Positions 9,038 through 19,796 of a stretch of 64,000 nt of DNA are shown here, piece after piece. This stretch comes from Nitrospirota bacterium (GTDB taxonomy: Bacteria > Nitrospirota > UBA9217), in the NCBI GenBank assembly GCA_963740085.1, contig CAVUCU010000004.1, forward strand, positions 1-64,000, in the 5' to 3' direction. The notes beneath the pieces were generated by a model. It did not search any database and had not been told where the DNA came from. It saw nothing but the letters and a program-made list of their open reading frames with translations. Position 1 is the first letter of the stretch. Every line of letters begins with the position of its first letter. The position numbers and the translations under genes were made by a program.

Positions 9038-10528
9038 TTGAATTGGACCCATAGAAAGAGATCGCTGCTTGCAGCTGTCGCTGTGTTCCTTTCGGTCTTC
9101 CTATCCACGCAGGCCCGGGCGGAAGAAGCGGACCTGACATATTCATTATCCTTTACGGACCAGGAGCTTGACGAACTTATTGCCCCCATAGCGCTCTACC
9201 CGGACCCGCTGCTGGCCCAGATGCTGCCGGCCGCGACGTATCCGGACGAGGTTGCCGATGCTGCGGCGTGGCTTGACAATGGAGGGGATGTGTCAGATAT
9301 TGACGAGCAGAACTGGGAGGAGTCCGTCAAGGCCATTGTTCACTATCCGGACATTCTTCACATGATGGCCGGGAGCATGGATTGGACAGCCAACCTGGGA
9401 GATGCCTTTCTCAACCAGCCGGAAGACGTGACCAGTTCGATCCAGCGTCTCAGGTGGCAGGCGAGGGCCGTCGGCAATCTGGTCAGTAATAGTGAACAGA
9501 CGATCATTATCGAAGGAGACTATATCCAGATCGTTCCGGCCCAACCGCAGTATGTTTACGTCCCCCGGTACGACCCTTCGGTTATTTACGTCGAAGAATT
9601 CGGTCCGGGCGGTCCGCCTTTTATTACGTTTGGTCTCGGTCTGGCGATCGGGGACTGGCTGAGCATGGATTTTGACTGGGGTCATCACCACGTGATCTAT
9701 CATGGCTGGAACCGCCCCGGCTGGGTCAATCATGCAAGGCCGTATGTTCACGTAAGGAATGTTTATATCAACCAAAGCAGGCCCTCCATACAACAGACAT
9801 GGAGGCATGACAGATCGCACGGCGATCCGGCCAGGTACCTGTCTTTGCGACCCGGCGGCCCGAAGATCGACCAGTATACGCGGGCCGGTGAAGTCAGGGG
9901 GCAGACTGCGGTGCAGCCCGGGCCCGCGGGAGGGACTTTCGGTCCCGGGGGCGACACCCGAGTGTTCAGCAATCGCGGCAGGGAAAGCCGCGGCGTTGTC
10001 GGTAAGCAGCCGGCGCCATTGACTTCGGGCATCAACCGACGGACGACGATACCTGCCCCAAAGGTCAGCCAGCCGGCGACAATATTTCCCAATGTCAGCG
10101 AGCGGAGGAATGTGCCGACTCCCAGTGTCAACCGGCGGACGACGATACCTGTTCCAAAGGTCAGCCAGCCGGCAACAATATCTCCCAGTGTCAGCGAGCG
10201 GAGTAATGTGCCGATTCCCAGTGTCAGCCGGCGACCGTCGATCCCGGCCCCGGCCGTCACGCAACGGCCGACGCCGGTTGTTCCACAGGCAAGCAGCAGT
10301 CCCTCACGGCAGCCCTCTCCCGCACGTGAGGGCCTGCAACCCAACAGGACGCCGTCGGTCACTTTTGGCGGTTACCGGGGAGCCGATGAGGCCAGGGCTC
10401 AGAGCGTTCGTGGCGAGGCCAGTCGTCAAGGCACTGAAAGAGCGCGCCCGTCCGCGCCCCCCGTGAGCCAGGGCCGCGCCCCCGCAGGCGGGAAATCATC
10501 CGGAGAGAGACAGCGCCGCGGACGGTGA
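9038..10528 (+). CDS. DUF3300 domain protein with Pro/Arg-rich repetitive tail
   Basis: ELDELIAPIALYPDPLLAQMLPAATYP, WTANLGDAFLNQPEDV, YVYVPRYDP; AAGGAGG before a TTG start. Confidence 0.85.
   Translation: MNWTHRKRSLLAAVAVFLSVFLSTQARAEEADLTYSLSFTDQELDELIAPIALYPDPLLAQMLPAATYPDEVADAAAWLDNGGDVSDIDEQNWEESVKAIVHYPDILHMMAGSMDWTANLGDAFLNQPEDVTSSIQRLRWQARAVGNLVSNSEQTIIIEGDYIQIVPAQPQYVYVPRYDPSVIYVEEFGPGGPPFITFGLGLAIGDWLSMDFDWGHHHVIYHGWNRPGWVNHARPYVHVRNVYINQSRPSIQQTWRHDRSHGDPARYLSLRPGGPKIDQYTRAGEVRGQTAVQPGPAGGTFGPGGDTRVFSNRGRESRGVVGKQPAPLTSGINRRTTIPAPKVSQPATIFPNVSERRNVPTPSVNRRTTIPVPKVSQPATISPSVSERSNVPIPSVSRRPSIPAPAVTQRPTPVVPQASSSPSRQPSPAREGLQPNRTPSVTFGGYRGADEARAQSVRGEASRQGTERARPSAPPVSQGRAPAGGKSSGERQRRGR
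10032..10230 (+). repeat. Intragenic 96-bp tandem duplication (32-aa unit) in the DUF3300 tail
   Basis: tcaaccg.cggacgacgatacctg.. begins at both 10032 and 10128. Confidence 0.85.
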
Positions 10529-10600
10529 GGGTGAACAGTTTTTTAGGTCAGTTTCGTTCCTTTATTATGGAACAAATTGAATTCAGAAAGGAAGAAAACC

Positions 10601-11569
10601 ATGGAGACAATGCAACGGAAATCCCCGTTTTCAACGCGAGGCAGGGCCTTTATCGCTGCATTTTTGATTACTGCTGGCGCGGTCGCTTTCTTGAGCACGC
10701 CGCTCATGGCGGCTGCGTCGCAAAAACTTTTTGCCACGCCTGACGATGCCTTGAAAGGATTAGTTGAGGCGGTCAAGACGCATGACAAGGCTGCACTCGA
10801 TCAGATCTTCGGTCCTTCCGCAAAAGACCTGCGCTCCAGTGACGACGTGCAGGCCGCCGCCGAATTTAATGCCTTTGCCAAACATGTAGCCGAGAAGATC
10901 AACATCGTGAAAGAGAATGATGCAAAGGCGATCATTTACCTGGGCAATGAGAATTGGCCCTTTCCTATCCCGCTGGTACAAAAGAATGGCCAGTGGTTCT
11001 TTGATACTGATGCGGGAAAAGAAGAGATCCTGAACCGGCGGATCGGCGAAAATGAACTCACCGCCATTCTGGTCTGCCGTTCCTATGTCGCGGCACAGCG
11101 CGAGTATGTTCTGAAAGACTGGGACGGCGATGGAATTTTTGCCTATGCGCAGAAGCTTCGGAGTGATCCCGGTAAAAAGAACGGTCTGTTTTGGAGGCAT
11201 GCACCCGGAGAACCGTTGAGCCCGCTGGGTGAGCTCGTGGCAAGGGCCAGGGCAGAGGGTTATAAGAAGGGAAAGTCACTCTTTAAGGAGCAGCCGGTGC
11301 CGTTTCATGGCTACTATCTCAAGATACTGACGCAGCAGGGGAAACATGCGCCGGGCGACAGGTACAATTACATCATCAACGGCAACATGGTCGGAGGCTT
11401 TGCCCTGGTCGCGTTTCCCTCAAACTGGGGCAAGTCGGGAGTGATGACCTTTATCGTCAATCAGCAAGGCAAGGTTTACCAGAAGAACCTCGGACCGGAT
11501 ACCATGAAGATCACCACGGAGATGAAAGTGTACGATCCCGACGCGACGTGGACGCCAGCCGGGGAATGA
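10601..11569 (+). CDS. DUF2950 family protein
   Basis: WPFPIPLV, WFFDTDAGKEEILNRRIGENEL, GGFALVAFP..GKSGVMTFIVNQQGKVYQKNLG; usual partner of DUF3300. Confidence 0.9.
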   Translation: METMQRKSPFSTRGRAFIAAFLITAGAVAFLSTPLMAAASQKLFATPDDALKGLVEAVKTHDKAALDQIFGPSAKDLRSSDDVQAAAEFNAFAKHVAEKINIVKENDAKAIIYLGNENWPFPIPLVQKNGQWFFDTDAGKEEILNRRIGENELTAILVCRSYVAAQREYVLKDWDGDGIFAYAQKLRSDPGKKNGLFWRHAPGEPLSPLGELVARARAEGYKKGKSLFKEQPVPFHGYYLKILTQQGKHAPGDRYNYIINGNMVGGFALVAFPSNWGKSGVMTFIVNQQGKVYQKNLGPDTMKITTEMKVYDPDATWTPAGE

Positions 11570-11711
11570 CGGGTCCTTTACAGACGTATGATCTGCTCTC
11601 CCGGGGCCGCGTATCATTCCCGCGCTTTATCGCCCTCAAGCGTGCTGAGCGCAGTTGCTTTCTGATATCCTCCAGTCTTCACTGAAACAGCCTGGGGCAC
11701 CATGTTATTTA

Positions 11712-11900
11712 TTATTTTCCCGTAATAAAATATCGTACAATTCTTCCCAAAATGGTAATCCCCAGGATAATGCCTATCGGGATTGCCAGGAGAAGAGCGA
11801 AAAGTAAAGTCAATTTAAAGACAAACAAAAAAAGAGGGATGAGGACCACGCATAAAATCAGAGTCAGGCATCCGGTTGCAAAATCTTTTGCTTCTATCAT
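11712..11900 (-). CDS. Small integral membrane protein
   Basis: 62 aa, two hydrophobic helices, GAAGGGA RBS. Confidence 0.55.
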   Translation of the reverse strand: MIEAKDFATGCLTLILCVVLIPLFLFVFKLTLLFALLLAIPIGIILGITILGRIVRYFITGK

Positions 11901-12254
11901 AGGGTATCCCTTCTTGATCTATCTTCCCCGATAACCACAGTATCGCCGTCCCGAACCTAGTCTGGATTCTATCACAAATTCTGAAAAGAGAGTGGAAAAT
12001 AGGGTGTACGCCCCGCAAAAGTGCGCTATGATTAAAACAGCTGTTGCTGAGAAAATCTCTGCCCCGCTTTTTTCTATGAAAACGCAAGAGGCAGGGTTTG
12101 AAACAACAGGGCGTCGAGGAATTCCCGGAGAGAACCAGAACACCTTACGTTTTCATCAATAAGATTCTTTGTGCTCTCGTGGTCTCTAAGGACGACAAGG
12201 ATATCGAAGTGCGGGTGCGGAGCATGAAGTGACGGTGCGCCCGGTATCTCTCGT

Positions 12255-14003
12255 ATGAAAAACCAGCAGATAGCGAAGATATTCAACGAAATGGCGGAGC
12301 TGCTCGAGCTCAAGGGAGAGAACGTGTTCCGCATCCGCGCCTACCGCAGGGCCGCGCAAAACATCGACGGCCTGTCCAGGGACGTGACAACGCTCTCGGA
12401 CGAAGAGCTTGCCGCGATCCCGGGCATCGGCAAGGATCTCATAGGGAAGATCCGCGAGTATCTTGAGAAGGGCGCCGTTGCCAGGCACGAAGAACTGAAG
12501 AGGGAAATCCCCGGAGGAGTCCTCGAGCTCCTGCGCGTGCCCGGCCTCGGACCGAAAAAGGCGAAGCAATTCTACGACAAGCTGAAGGTCAAGAGCGTCG
12601 ACGAGCTCGAAGACGCGGTCCGCAGGGGCAAACTTACCGGCCTGCCCGGCATCCAGAAGAAGACCGAAGAGAACATCCTCAAAGGCATCGAGCTGGTCAA
12701 GCGCGGCACCGACCGAAGGCCCCTTGGTCGCGTACTGCCCCTGGCGGAGGATATCATTCGAAGGCTGAAGGACGCCGCGCCCGTGGACCGGATAGAGGTC
12801 GCGGGCAGCATCCGGCGCATGAAAGAGATGGTGAAGGACATCGATATCCTTACGACGTCGAAGCATCCCGATAAGGTTATGGACGCCTTCGTGAAGCTCC
12901 CGCACGTGAGCCGAGTGCTTGCTCAAGGGCCAACCAAGTCTTCGGTCATAACAGAGGACGGCATACAGGTGGACCTGCGCGCGGTGGAAGAAGGGTCCTT
13001 CGGCGCAGCGCTCCAGTATTTCACCGGCAGCAAGCAGCACAACATCAAGCTCCGGGAGATGGCGGTCAGGGCAGGCCTCAAGCTGAACGAATACGGCGCG
13101 TTCAGGGAGCCCGGAGACAAAAAGATCGGCGGGAAGACCGAAGGAGAAATGTACAAGGCGCTGAAGCTTCCCTGGATCCCTCCTGAGCTCAGAGAAGACA
13201 CGGGCGAGATCGAGGCGGCGCTGAAAGGGACGCTCCCCGACCTCGTGAGGCTCGAAGACATCAGGGGCGACCTCCACGTCCATACGAAAGAGTCGGACGG
13301 GAGCCACGATCTCGATACCCTCGTCCAGGCGGCGAAGAAAAAGGGATACTCCTACATTGCGATCACCGATCACACGAAGGGGCTGGGCGTTGCGCACGGC
13401 CTGGATGAGAAAAGGCTTGCCGCGGAGATAAATCTTATCGACGCCGCGAACGAGAAGCTCACGGGTTTCCGGATACTCAAAGGCACGGAGATCGACATCC
13501 GGGCGGACGGCAGGCTCGATCTTGCGGACGAAGCGCTTGCCGGGCTCGATATCGTCGTTGCCTCCATCCACTCGGGATTCAATCAAACGCAGGAGCAGAT
13601 GACCAGGAGGATCATTTCTGCGATCCGGAACCCCTGCGTCAGCGTCATTGCCCATCCCACCGGCAGGATTATCGGTGAGCGGGATGCCTATGCCGTCGAC
13701 ATGGAGGCCGTGCTGAAGGAGGCCGCGAAGTTCGGCGTTGCGATGGAAGTGAACGCCTATCCGCTCCGGCTGGACCTGAATGATATGCATGTCAAACTGG
13801 CGAAGGAATACGGCGTATTTCTGGCGATCAGCACCGATACGCATGTCTCGAACCAGTTCGATTTCATGACCTACGGGGTCTCTGTCGCGCGACGGGGATG
13901 GGCGGAGAAAAAGGATGTGCTGAATACGCTGGAGTATGAACAGCTCATCAGGAGATTAAAGGCGTGCAAAATAAAAAAGCTGCGCATGAAGGAATCGGCA
14001 TAG
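12255..14003 (+). CDS. polX: DNA polymerase X with PHP exonuclease domain
   Basis: [16 protein letters not shown] Hh[41 protein letters not shown]. Confidence 0.95.
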   Translation: MKNQQIAKIFNEMAELLELKGENVFRIRAYRRAAQNIDGLSRDVTTLSDEELAAIPGIGKDLIGKIREYLEKGAVARHEELKREIPGGVLELLRVPGLGPKKAKQFYDKLKVKSVDELEDAVRRGKLTGLPGIQKKTEENILKGIELVKRGTDRRPLGRVLPLAEDIIRRLKDAAPVDRIEVAGSIRRMKEMVKDIDILTTSKHPDKVMDAFVKLPHVSRVLAQGPTKSSVITEDGIQVDLRAVEEGSFGAALQYFTGSKQHNIKLREMAVRAGLKLNEYGAFREPGDKKIGGKTEGEMYKALKLPWIPPELREDTGEIEAALKGTLPDLVRLEDIRGDLHVHTKESDGSHDLDTLVQAAKKKGYSYIAITDHTKGLGVAHGLDEKRLAAEINLIDAANEKLTGFRILKGTEIDIRADGRLDLADEALAGLDIVVASIHSGFNQTQEQMTRRIISAIRNPCVSVIAHPTGRIIGERDAYAVDMEAVLKEAAKFGVAMEVNAYPLRLDLNDMHVKLAKEYGVFLAISTDTHVSNQFDFMTYGVSVARRGWAEKKDVLNTLEYEQLIRRLKACKIKKLRMKESA

Positions 14004-14042
14004 CGTTAACCGGGGCCGCGGGACAGCCGGCTGCGGAGGGCA

Positions 14043-16832
14043 TTAACTGCGCAATAATTTTTCTACCTCCTCAGCCGGCATCGGTTTATGGAAATAAAAT
14101 CCTTGTATCGTGTCACATCGTAAAAGACGCAGGAATTTCCACTGTTCTTCCGTTTCGACGCCCTCCGCTATCGTTTTTATTTTGAGCGAATGTGCCATGG
14201 CTATTATCGCGGTTATGATCGACGCGGTATCGGGGTCCTTGGTCATATCTCTGATAAAAGAGATGTCGATCTTGAGATTATCGACGGCAAATCTCTTGAG
14301 GTAGCTTAACGAAGAATAGCCGGTGCCGAAATCATCGATGGACAGGGAAATCCCCTTCTTTTTAAAGTCATCCAGAACGGCTATCGTGAAAGCTATATTC
14401 TGCATGAATGCGCTTTCCGTAATTTCGAAGGTGATCAGAGCGGGGTTTACCGCAAACTTCGTTAACAGCCTGCTTACGGTTTCTGACAGATTTTTCTGAC
14501 GGAATTGTATCAATGACAAATTCACCGATACCGGAACGACGGACAGTCCTTTCTGCTCCCATTCCGTGATCTGTCTGAACGATTCCTCAAATATCCATTC
14601 ACCCACGTCGATGATCATTCCGGTATCTTCGAGTACGGGAATGAATTTGCCGGGAGGGACCAAACCCTGGTCCGGGCTCTTCCAACGTATCAGAGCCTCC
14701 ATTCCCGCTATTCTTTTTGTATCGGTGTCCACATACGGCTGGTAGTGCAGCACAAACTCCCTGTTTTTCAGCGCGTTGAAAAGCCGCCTCTCCATCAGGA
14801 ACATCTCGGATGCCTTATTATCTATGGCAGGAGTGTAAAAAGAGTAGTTTTTCCGCCCCTGTTCCTGAGCTTTGATGAGCGCTGCGGTGGCGTTCTTCAG
14901 CAGGTCATTTGCCGTCTTTCCATCTTCCGGGAATATGGCAATACCCATGGTGATGGTCGTCACTATCTCATTGTCCATTATCTTCATCGGCTGAGATAGC
15001 TCCTTCATAATTCTGTCTGCAACAAAAATAACGTCGTCCGTATCGGCCACATCGACAAGAGCTATTTCAAATTCGTCATTGCCGAATCGTGCGACCGTGT
15101 CTCCTTCACGCACGGAAGCCGAAAGTATTTTCCCGATCTCGAGCAGGACCTTGTCACCGACATCAGGCCCCAATGTTTCGTTGATAAGCGCAAACCTGTC
15201 GATGTCGATGTTCAGTACCGCGACACGCTTCTTGCTGTAGTCAACTTTTAAAATACTCTGCTCAAGCCTGTTCAGAAAAAGTCTCCTGTTCGGCAGGCCC
15301 GTCAATGCGTCAAAATAGGAGAGGTAATCAAGTCTTTCTTCAAGCGCTTTTTGCTGCGTCAGATCCTTTGATGTGGCGACGAAGTGTGTTATAGCGCCCG
15401 AATCGTCTTTGAGCGGGGTAATAGTATGAAAGATTTCAAATATCTCTCCTGTCTTTTTCCTGTTTTTTATTATCGCACTGAATGAGCGACCGGAAAGTAT
15501 GGTTTCCCATAATTCTTTATACAGGTCCCGCTTATGAATACCCGACTTGAAGATCCGTGGATTCTTGCCGATCAGTTCCTTCCTGGAATATCCGGTTATC
15601 CCCTCCACCGCCTTATTGGCATAGGTAATATTTCCACTTCTGTCCGTGATCAGGATCCAGTCCGAGGATTGCTCGACAGCGAGTGAGAGTTTTCTCATCT
15701 CCTCCATCGCCCGCGCCTGGTCGGAGATGTCCCTTCCATAGACGTTTACATAATCGGCTCCCTTGACGCATACCATGATCAATGAAAATATGGATTGATC
15801 GCAGACGACCGGGAACTCTTTGGTCCCGTCCGAACCGCACACATAGGTAATGTAGCTCATGATATCTGCAGGTGCCTTGTCGCCGACTTCGGCGTTCCAG
15901 TGTTTTCTCAATGGCATGCTGGCACGGTTTGCGTATGTGATCGTGCCGTCGAGTGAAAATCTCATGACCGGCGATGGATTTTCTTCGGCGAATTTTGCAG
16001 TATTTTGGATCTTTTCCTCTGCCTTTTTACGCTCGGTGATGTTGTCAAATACCGCGACGAAATACCCTATTTCCGTGCTGAAGGCGGCGACGCTCAGCCA
16101 GCCTCCAAAGGACCCCGAAGAAACTTCGAAACTCTCCGGTTTGCCGGTCATTGCCACTTTGCCGAAGATCTCCAACAACTCGGGATGCGATTCTCGTATG
16201 CCGGGAAGCACTTCGCTGAATTTTCTTCCTACAACATCCTTCAACCCCGTCAACGTTTCAAAAGCGTTGTTCACCTCGAGATATACGAAGTCCTGCGGTT
16301 GGTCCTGCTCAATAATCATTTTGCAATAAGCAAAGCCGTCAAGCATGTTATCGAATAATGAACGATAACGCTTTTCACTGGCCTGTAAGGCGTCATCAGC
16401 CTTTTTCTGTTCGGTAATGTCGGTGAAAAGAGCAAGTCGCGCGTCCCTGCCGTTGAAGGACAGGTCATGGGTGACCACGTCAACATAAATAAGCGTTCCG
16501 TTCTTCTTTTTATGCTTCCAGACTCCGGGACGTCTGATCTCATCGTGGATCCGGCTTACTGATGCAATCAGATCGGTGTGTTGTTCTGGAAAATACAGGT
16601 CCTTAAGCTCCATGGTGAGGAACTCTGTGCGTGAATATCCGTAGTGATCCACGGCGAGGTCGTTGACCGCGAGGATAGAGAGCGTCTCGCGATCATAGAA
16701 CACCATGGGAAGCGGATTATTATCGAACAAAATACGGTATTGATTTTCAGATGAACTAAGTTGATCTTCCTGCTTTTTAGAGCTCTCATTCGTCTTACTC
16801 GCAGCTTTTGGAGGTCTGACTTTTCTGGCCAT
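14043..16832 (-). CDS. Multi-PAS GGDEF-EAL protein, probable c-di-GMP phosphodiesterase
   Basis: Four PAS-like repeats; DALTGLPNR; degenerate GNDEF; EALIRW, DDFGTGYSSL, AEGVET. Confidence 0.92.
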   Translation of the reverse strand: MARKVRPPKAASKTNESSKKQEDQLSSSENQYRILFDNNPLPMVFYDRETLSILAVNDLAVDHYGYSRTEFLTMELKDLYFPEQHTDLIASVSRIHDEIRRPGVWKHKKKNGTLIYVDVVTHDLSFNGRDARLALFTDITEQKKADDALQASEKRYRSLFDNMLDGFAYCKMIIEQDQPQDFVYLEVNNAFETLTGLKDVVGRKFSEVLPGIRESHPELLEIFGKVAMTGKPESFEVSSGSFGGWLSVAAFSTEIGYFVAVFDNITERKKAEEKIQNTAKFAEENPSPVMRFSLDGTITYANRASMPLRKHWNAEVGDKAPADIMSYITYVCGSDGTKEFPVVCDQSIFSLIMVCVKGADYVNVYGRDISDQARAMEEMRKLSLAVEQSSDWILITDRSGNITYANKAVEGITGYSRKELIGKNPRIFKSGIHKRDLYKELWETILSGRSFSAIIKNRKKTGEIFEIFHTITPLKDDSGAITHFVATSKDLTQQKALEERLDYLSYFDALTGLPNRRLFLNRLEQSILKVDYSKKRVAVLNIDIDRFALINETLGPDVGDKVLLEIGKILSASVREGDTVARFGNDEFEIALVDVADTDDVIFVADRIMKELSQPMKIMDNEIVTTITMGIAIFPEDGKTANDLLKNATAALIKAQEQGRKNYSFYTPAIDNKASEMFLMERRLFNALKNREFVLHYQPYVDTDTKRIAGMEALIRWKSPDQGLVPPGKFIPVLEDTGMIIDVGEWIFEESFRQITEWEQKGLSVVPVSVNLSLIQFRQKNLSETVSRLLTKFAVNPALITFEITESAFMQNIAFTIAVLDDFKKKGISLSIDDFGTGYSSLSYLKRFAVDNLKIDISFIRDMTKDPDTASIITAIIAMAHSLKIKTIAEGVETEEQWKFLRLLRCDTIQGFYFHKPMPAEEVEKLLRS

Positions 16833-17220
16833 GTAAGTGCTCCTTGGACAAGATAGACAGCAGTATTTTATTCATAATGACTGTTCTATAAGTATTTCTT
16901 CAGGTTTTGTTTCAAATTATAGCACAGTGCTGCTTATTAACCTCCCTTTTAACAGGATATCTCACTTGAAGTCTGTCCTCATAAGGCATACCAATTTTGG
17001 AATAAAGGTGATTCAATGCGTATATTGAATCTTACGGTGTATAAATTATTGAGGGTTGAATCATTGACTATGCTCAATGAGAAAGAGGACATGCTACGGC
17101 AACAAATGCAGATGTCCGCCCGGCTAAAAATGCGAGGCGATGCCGAACCGGTTGCTGAAGGATCTGTCCGAGATCAGGTGGACGCGGCCTTTTCCGCGCT
17201 TCCCGTTTTTTTTCTTCCTT

Positions 17221-17249
17221 TTGACAGCCGTGCTTTTTTACCGTATAAT
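17221..17249 (+). promoter_or_regulatory. Sigma70 promoter of groES
   Basis: Perfect TTGACA-17-TATAAT. Confidence 0.8.
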
Positions 17250-17287
17250 GCCGTCACAATATTCCAATGGGTATAAGGAGAAATGCC

Positions 17288-17740
17288 ATGAAACTGAAAC
17301 CGATGAATGACTGGGCCGTTGTACGGCCGTCCGACGCGGCGAAGAAGACCGCGGGAGGGCTCTATATCCCGGATAGCGCGAAGGAAAAGCCCCAGGAAGG
17401 GGTTGTTGAGGCGATCGGACCCGGCGCGTACGAGGAAGAGAAGTACGGAAAGAAGAAGACCGAGAAAAAAGATCGAAAGTTCATTGCCACAACCGTGAAG
17501 CCCGGCGACAGGGTGATCTATGAGCGCTATGCGGGCCAGACATATACCATCAATAATGAGGACCTGGTCCTTGTGCGTGAACGGGACATCCTCGGGATCC
17601 TGTCAGGCGCGGGCCAGAAGCCGCTCGAGATACCGGCGTCCACCTCCGAAAAGGGAACGACCGCGATCGCAAAAAAAGCACCTGGCCAGCTGATCAAGAC
17701 GAAAAAATCGGCGGCCAAAAAAACGGGAAAGAAAAAATAG
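17288..17740 (+). CDS. groES: Co-chaperonin GroES paralogue with Lys-rich insert and tail
   Basis: MKLKPMND.AVV, KTAGGLYIPDSAKEKPQEG.V.AIGPG, VKPGDRVIY..YAG, LVRERDILGI. Confidence 0.85.
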   Translation: MKLKPMNDWAVVRPSDAAKKTAGGLYIPDSAKEKPQEGVVEAIGPGAYEEEKYGKKKTEKKDRKFIATTVKPGDRVIYERYAGQTYTINNEDLVLVRERDILGILSGAGQKPLEIPASTSEKGTTAIAKKAPGQLIKTKKSAAKKTGKKK

Positions 17741-17755
17741 CGCGCAGAGGAGCAT

Positions 17756-18343
17756 ATGGAAGATGAGCTCATAGTGCGGCAGAAGAAGATCCTGTCCATC
17801 CTTGAGCAGGAGCTCGAGGATGGCGAGAGCCTGGCGGCCGATGCGAGAAAGATGGTCTCCTATCTGCTGGTTGAGAAAAAGGGATATCTGCCGGAGGACA
17901 TTGAGAAGAGGGTGGTATTCGAGGTGAAGCTCGGCCAGGAGACGGCATATTCTTCCGTGGATTTTCTTGTTTCGATCGCGGGGAAGAGGGCCATGGTCAT
18001 CAAGTGCTCTGCGGGCTCCCTTTCTTCACGGGAACGACAGGCAGTGGCCGCTGCCCGGCTGATCGGATCACCGCCAGTGCCTGTTGCGGTAGTGGCGGAC
18101 CCCGTGAACGCCGAGGTACTGGATGTTGCGACAGGCGAGGTTGTGGGAGAAGGTTTCGGTGCTATTCCTGTCAGGGACCGGCTCATCCAGATACTTTCAG
18201 AATACTCTGCCAAACCGCTCTCGCCGGACCGGCTTGAGAAGGAAAAACGGATCCTGCTCGCCTTCGATGCCATACGCTGCTGCGTGCCGCAGGGAGCGGA
18301 TGGCGGCGTCGCTCTCAAGGATCCCTCCACCTGCCAAGAATAG
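17756..18343 (+). CDS. HsdR N-terminal (PD-(D/E)xK-like) domain protein
   Basis: LVEKKGYLPEDIE, VDFLV..AMVIKC..GSLSSRERQAVAAARL, EVLDVATGEVVGEG. Confidence 0.65.
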   Translation: MEDELIVRQKKILSILEQELEDGESLAADARKMVSYLLVEKKGYLPEDIEKRVVFEVKLGQETAYSSVDFLVSIAGKRAMVIKCSAGSLSSRERQAVAAARLIGSPPVPVAVVADPVNAEVLDVATGEVVGEGFGAIPVRDRLIQILSEYSAKPLSPDRLEKEKRILLAFDAIRCCVPQGADGGVALKDPSTCQE

Positions 18344-18416
18344 ACGCTGCATCCATGCGTGCTATTTCGCTCCACCTCCCGGTGTCTCGGGGTTGTCCTC
18401 ACCTATGCGTTGCGTG

Positions 18417-18782
18417 TTAGTACGTAAAGACCGCGTTGGCACCCACCGAACTCTCGATCAGCTGTGACGCATTCACATAGCCAGTGATCCCGGCCATGCC
18501 GCTGTCGGTCTTGATGTCGCGGGAGGCCATGGAGGGATTGCAGCCATACAGCTTCCCCCCCATGTCCTGATAATGCTGCATCAATTCAGTCAGCGGGTCG
18601 AATGTTGCGGCTTTGAGACCTTTTATATATTCCGGTTGGAACAGCCTGATGCCGTTATCCAGGACGAACATTTCGCATTCGTATTCGAAGCTCAGGGCCG
18701 TCAACGCCTGCGCAAAGATGCTCGATACAAGCTCTATTCGCGCCTTGGGGTCGTGGGTCAAAATATACACGATCTTTTTCAT
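18417..18782 (-). CDS. DsrE family protein
   Basis: MKKIVYILTH, EMFVLDNGIRL, GGKLYGCNPSM, ANAVFTY. Confidence 0.75.
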   Translation of the reverse strand: MKKIVYILTHDPKARIELVSSIFAQALTALSFEYECEMFVLDNGIRLFQPEYIKGLKAATFDPLTELMQHYQDMGGKLYGCNPSMASRDIKTDSGMAGITGYVNASQLIESSVGANAVFTY

Positions 18783-18805
18783 GGGTCCTGCCTCTCCCGC
18801 AATAG

Positions 18806-19345
18806 TTAGATGAACAGCGTCGTATTCGAGCTGAAGGAATTGCTCAGGAACGTTGCAACGCCCCCCACCTCGATGCCGTCGAGCAGGTCCTCTTTTTTGA
18901 TGCCCATGACGTCCATGGACATCTGGCAGGCGACGATCTTGATCTCCATTTCCTGCGCCATCCCGATAAGGGACGGAAGGGATTCGACGTTCTTCTTGCC
19001 CATCATGTAGCGGAACAGGCGCGGGCCGATGCCGCCGAAATTCATCTTGGAGGTCCCCAACTTGTCCGGGCCTTTGGGCCTCATCATGAGGACCATCTTC
19101 TCGAGAAGCTGCCTGCCCGCGGTTTTCATGACCGGTTTTTTGATGGCGTCGAGCCCCCAAAAGGTCACGAACATGGAGACTTTTTTCCCCATGGCCAGGG
19201 CGCCGGTCGCGATGATGAAAGCGGCGAAGACCTTGTCGAAGTCCCCGCTGAAGAGCACCATGGTCAATTGGCGGCTGTTCTTTTCGAGTTTCGCGAGACG
19301 GCCTTCCAACTCCTGCACGGTTTTTGCCAAGTCGTTCTGCTCCAT
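18806..19345 (-). CDS. DsrE2 (DsrE/DsrF/DrsH-like) sulfur-trafficking protein
   Basis: LFSGDFDKVFAAFIIATGALAMG..MFVTFWGL, SKMNFGGIG, IVACQMSMDVMG, GGVATFL. Confidence 0.9.
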   Translation of the reverse strand: MEQNDLAKTVQELEGRLAKLEKNSRQLTMVLFSGDFDKVFAAFIIATGALAMGKKVSMFVTFWGLDAIKKPVMKTAGRQLLEKMVLMMRPKGPDKLGTSKMNFGGIGPRLFRYMMGKKNVESLPSLIGMAQEMEIKIVACQMSMDVMGIKKEDLLDGIEVGGVATFLSNSFSSNTTLFI

Positions 19346-19361
19346 GCTTCCTCCTTTAAAG

Positions 19362-19586
19362 TTATTTTTTCGTGATGGTAGCGGTGATGTCCTTGCCGGA
19401 CTTCGTAATGCCGTTGAGCGTATTCCCGGTCTCGTTGCACCATGCCGTGATGTCTGGTTCGAACGCAGGGTCGTCGCAGACGACCTCGAAGACATCGCCG
19501 GGCGTTCCTTTTCTCGTTGCCATCGAGAGCTTGATGACCGGCATGGGGCAGGCCATACCTTTAAAGTTCAAAACGGTTTTTCCCAT
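19362..19586 (-). CDS. tusA: Sulfur carrier TusA
   Basis: GMACPMPVIK, EVVCDDPAFEPDITAWC..TGN. Confidence 0.9.
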   Translation of the reverse strand: MGKTVLNFKGMACPMPVIKLSMATRKGTPGDVFEVVCDDPAFEPDITAWCNETGNTLNGITKSGKDITATITKK

Positions 19587-19796
19587 AGTTCCTCCTTAAG
19601 TTAGTCATATTCCTTGGCTTATTTTTATCAGTTTTTCAAAAAAAGCTACTGCAAATTACCCGTGAGGACACCTCCCATCCCTTTGAGCGCATGCAACAGC
19701 ATTCAGCGCAGGTCGAAGTTTTATGCATTATACTCTATTGTCCGCATGATGTACATACGCGATGAACATTTTTACAGCCGCGCGCCAAAACAAACC

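Noticed and set aside
12186-13844. Long antisense ORFs (also 27015-28439, 41785-42828, 54205-55644, 9293-10264 and others)
   Set aside because: Shadows of well-conserved genes on the opposite strand in GC-rich DNA; no motifs of their own
17756-18343. Type I restriction-modification system
   Set aside because: Stand-alone HsdR_N-like domain with no hsdM, hsdS or helicase, and a degenerate catalytic motif
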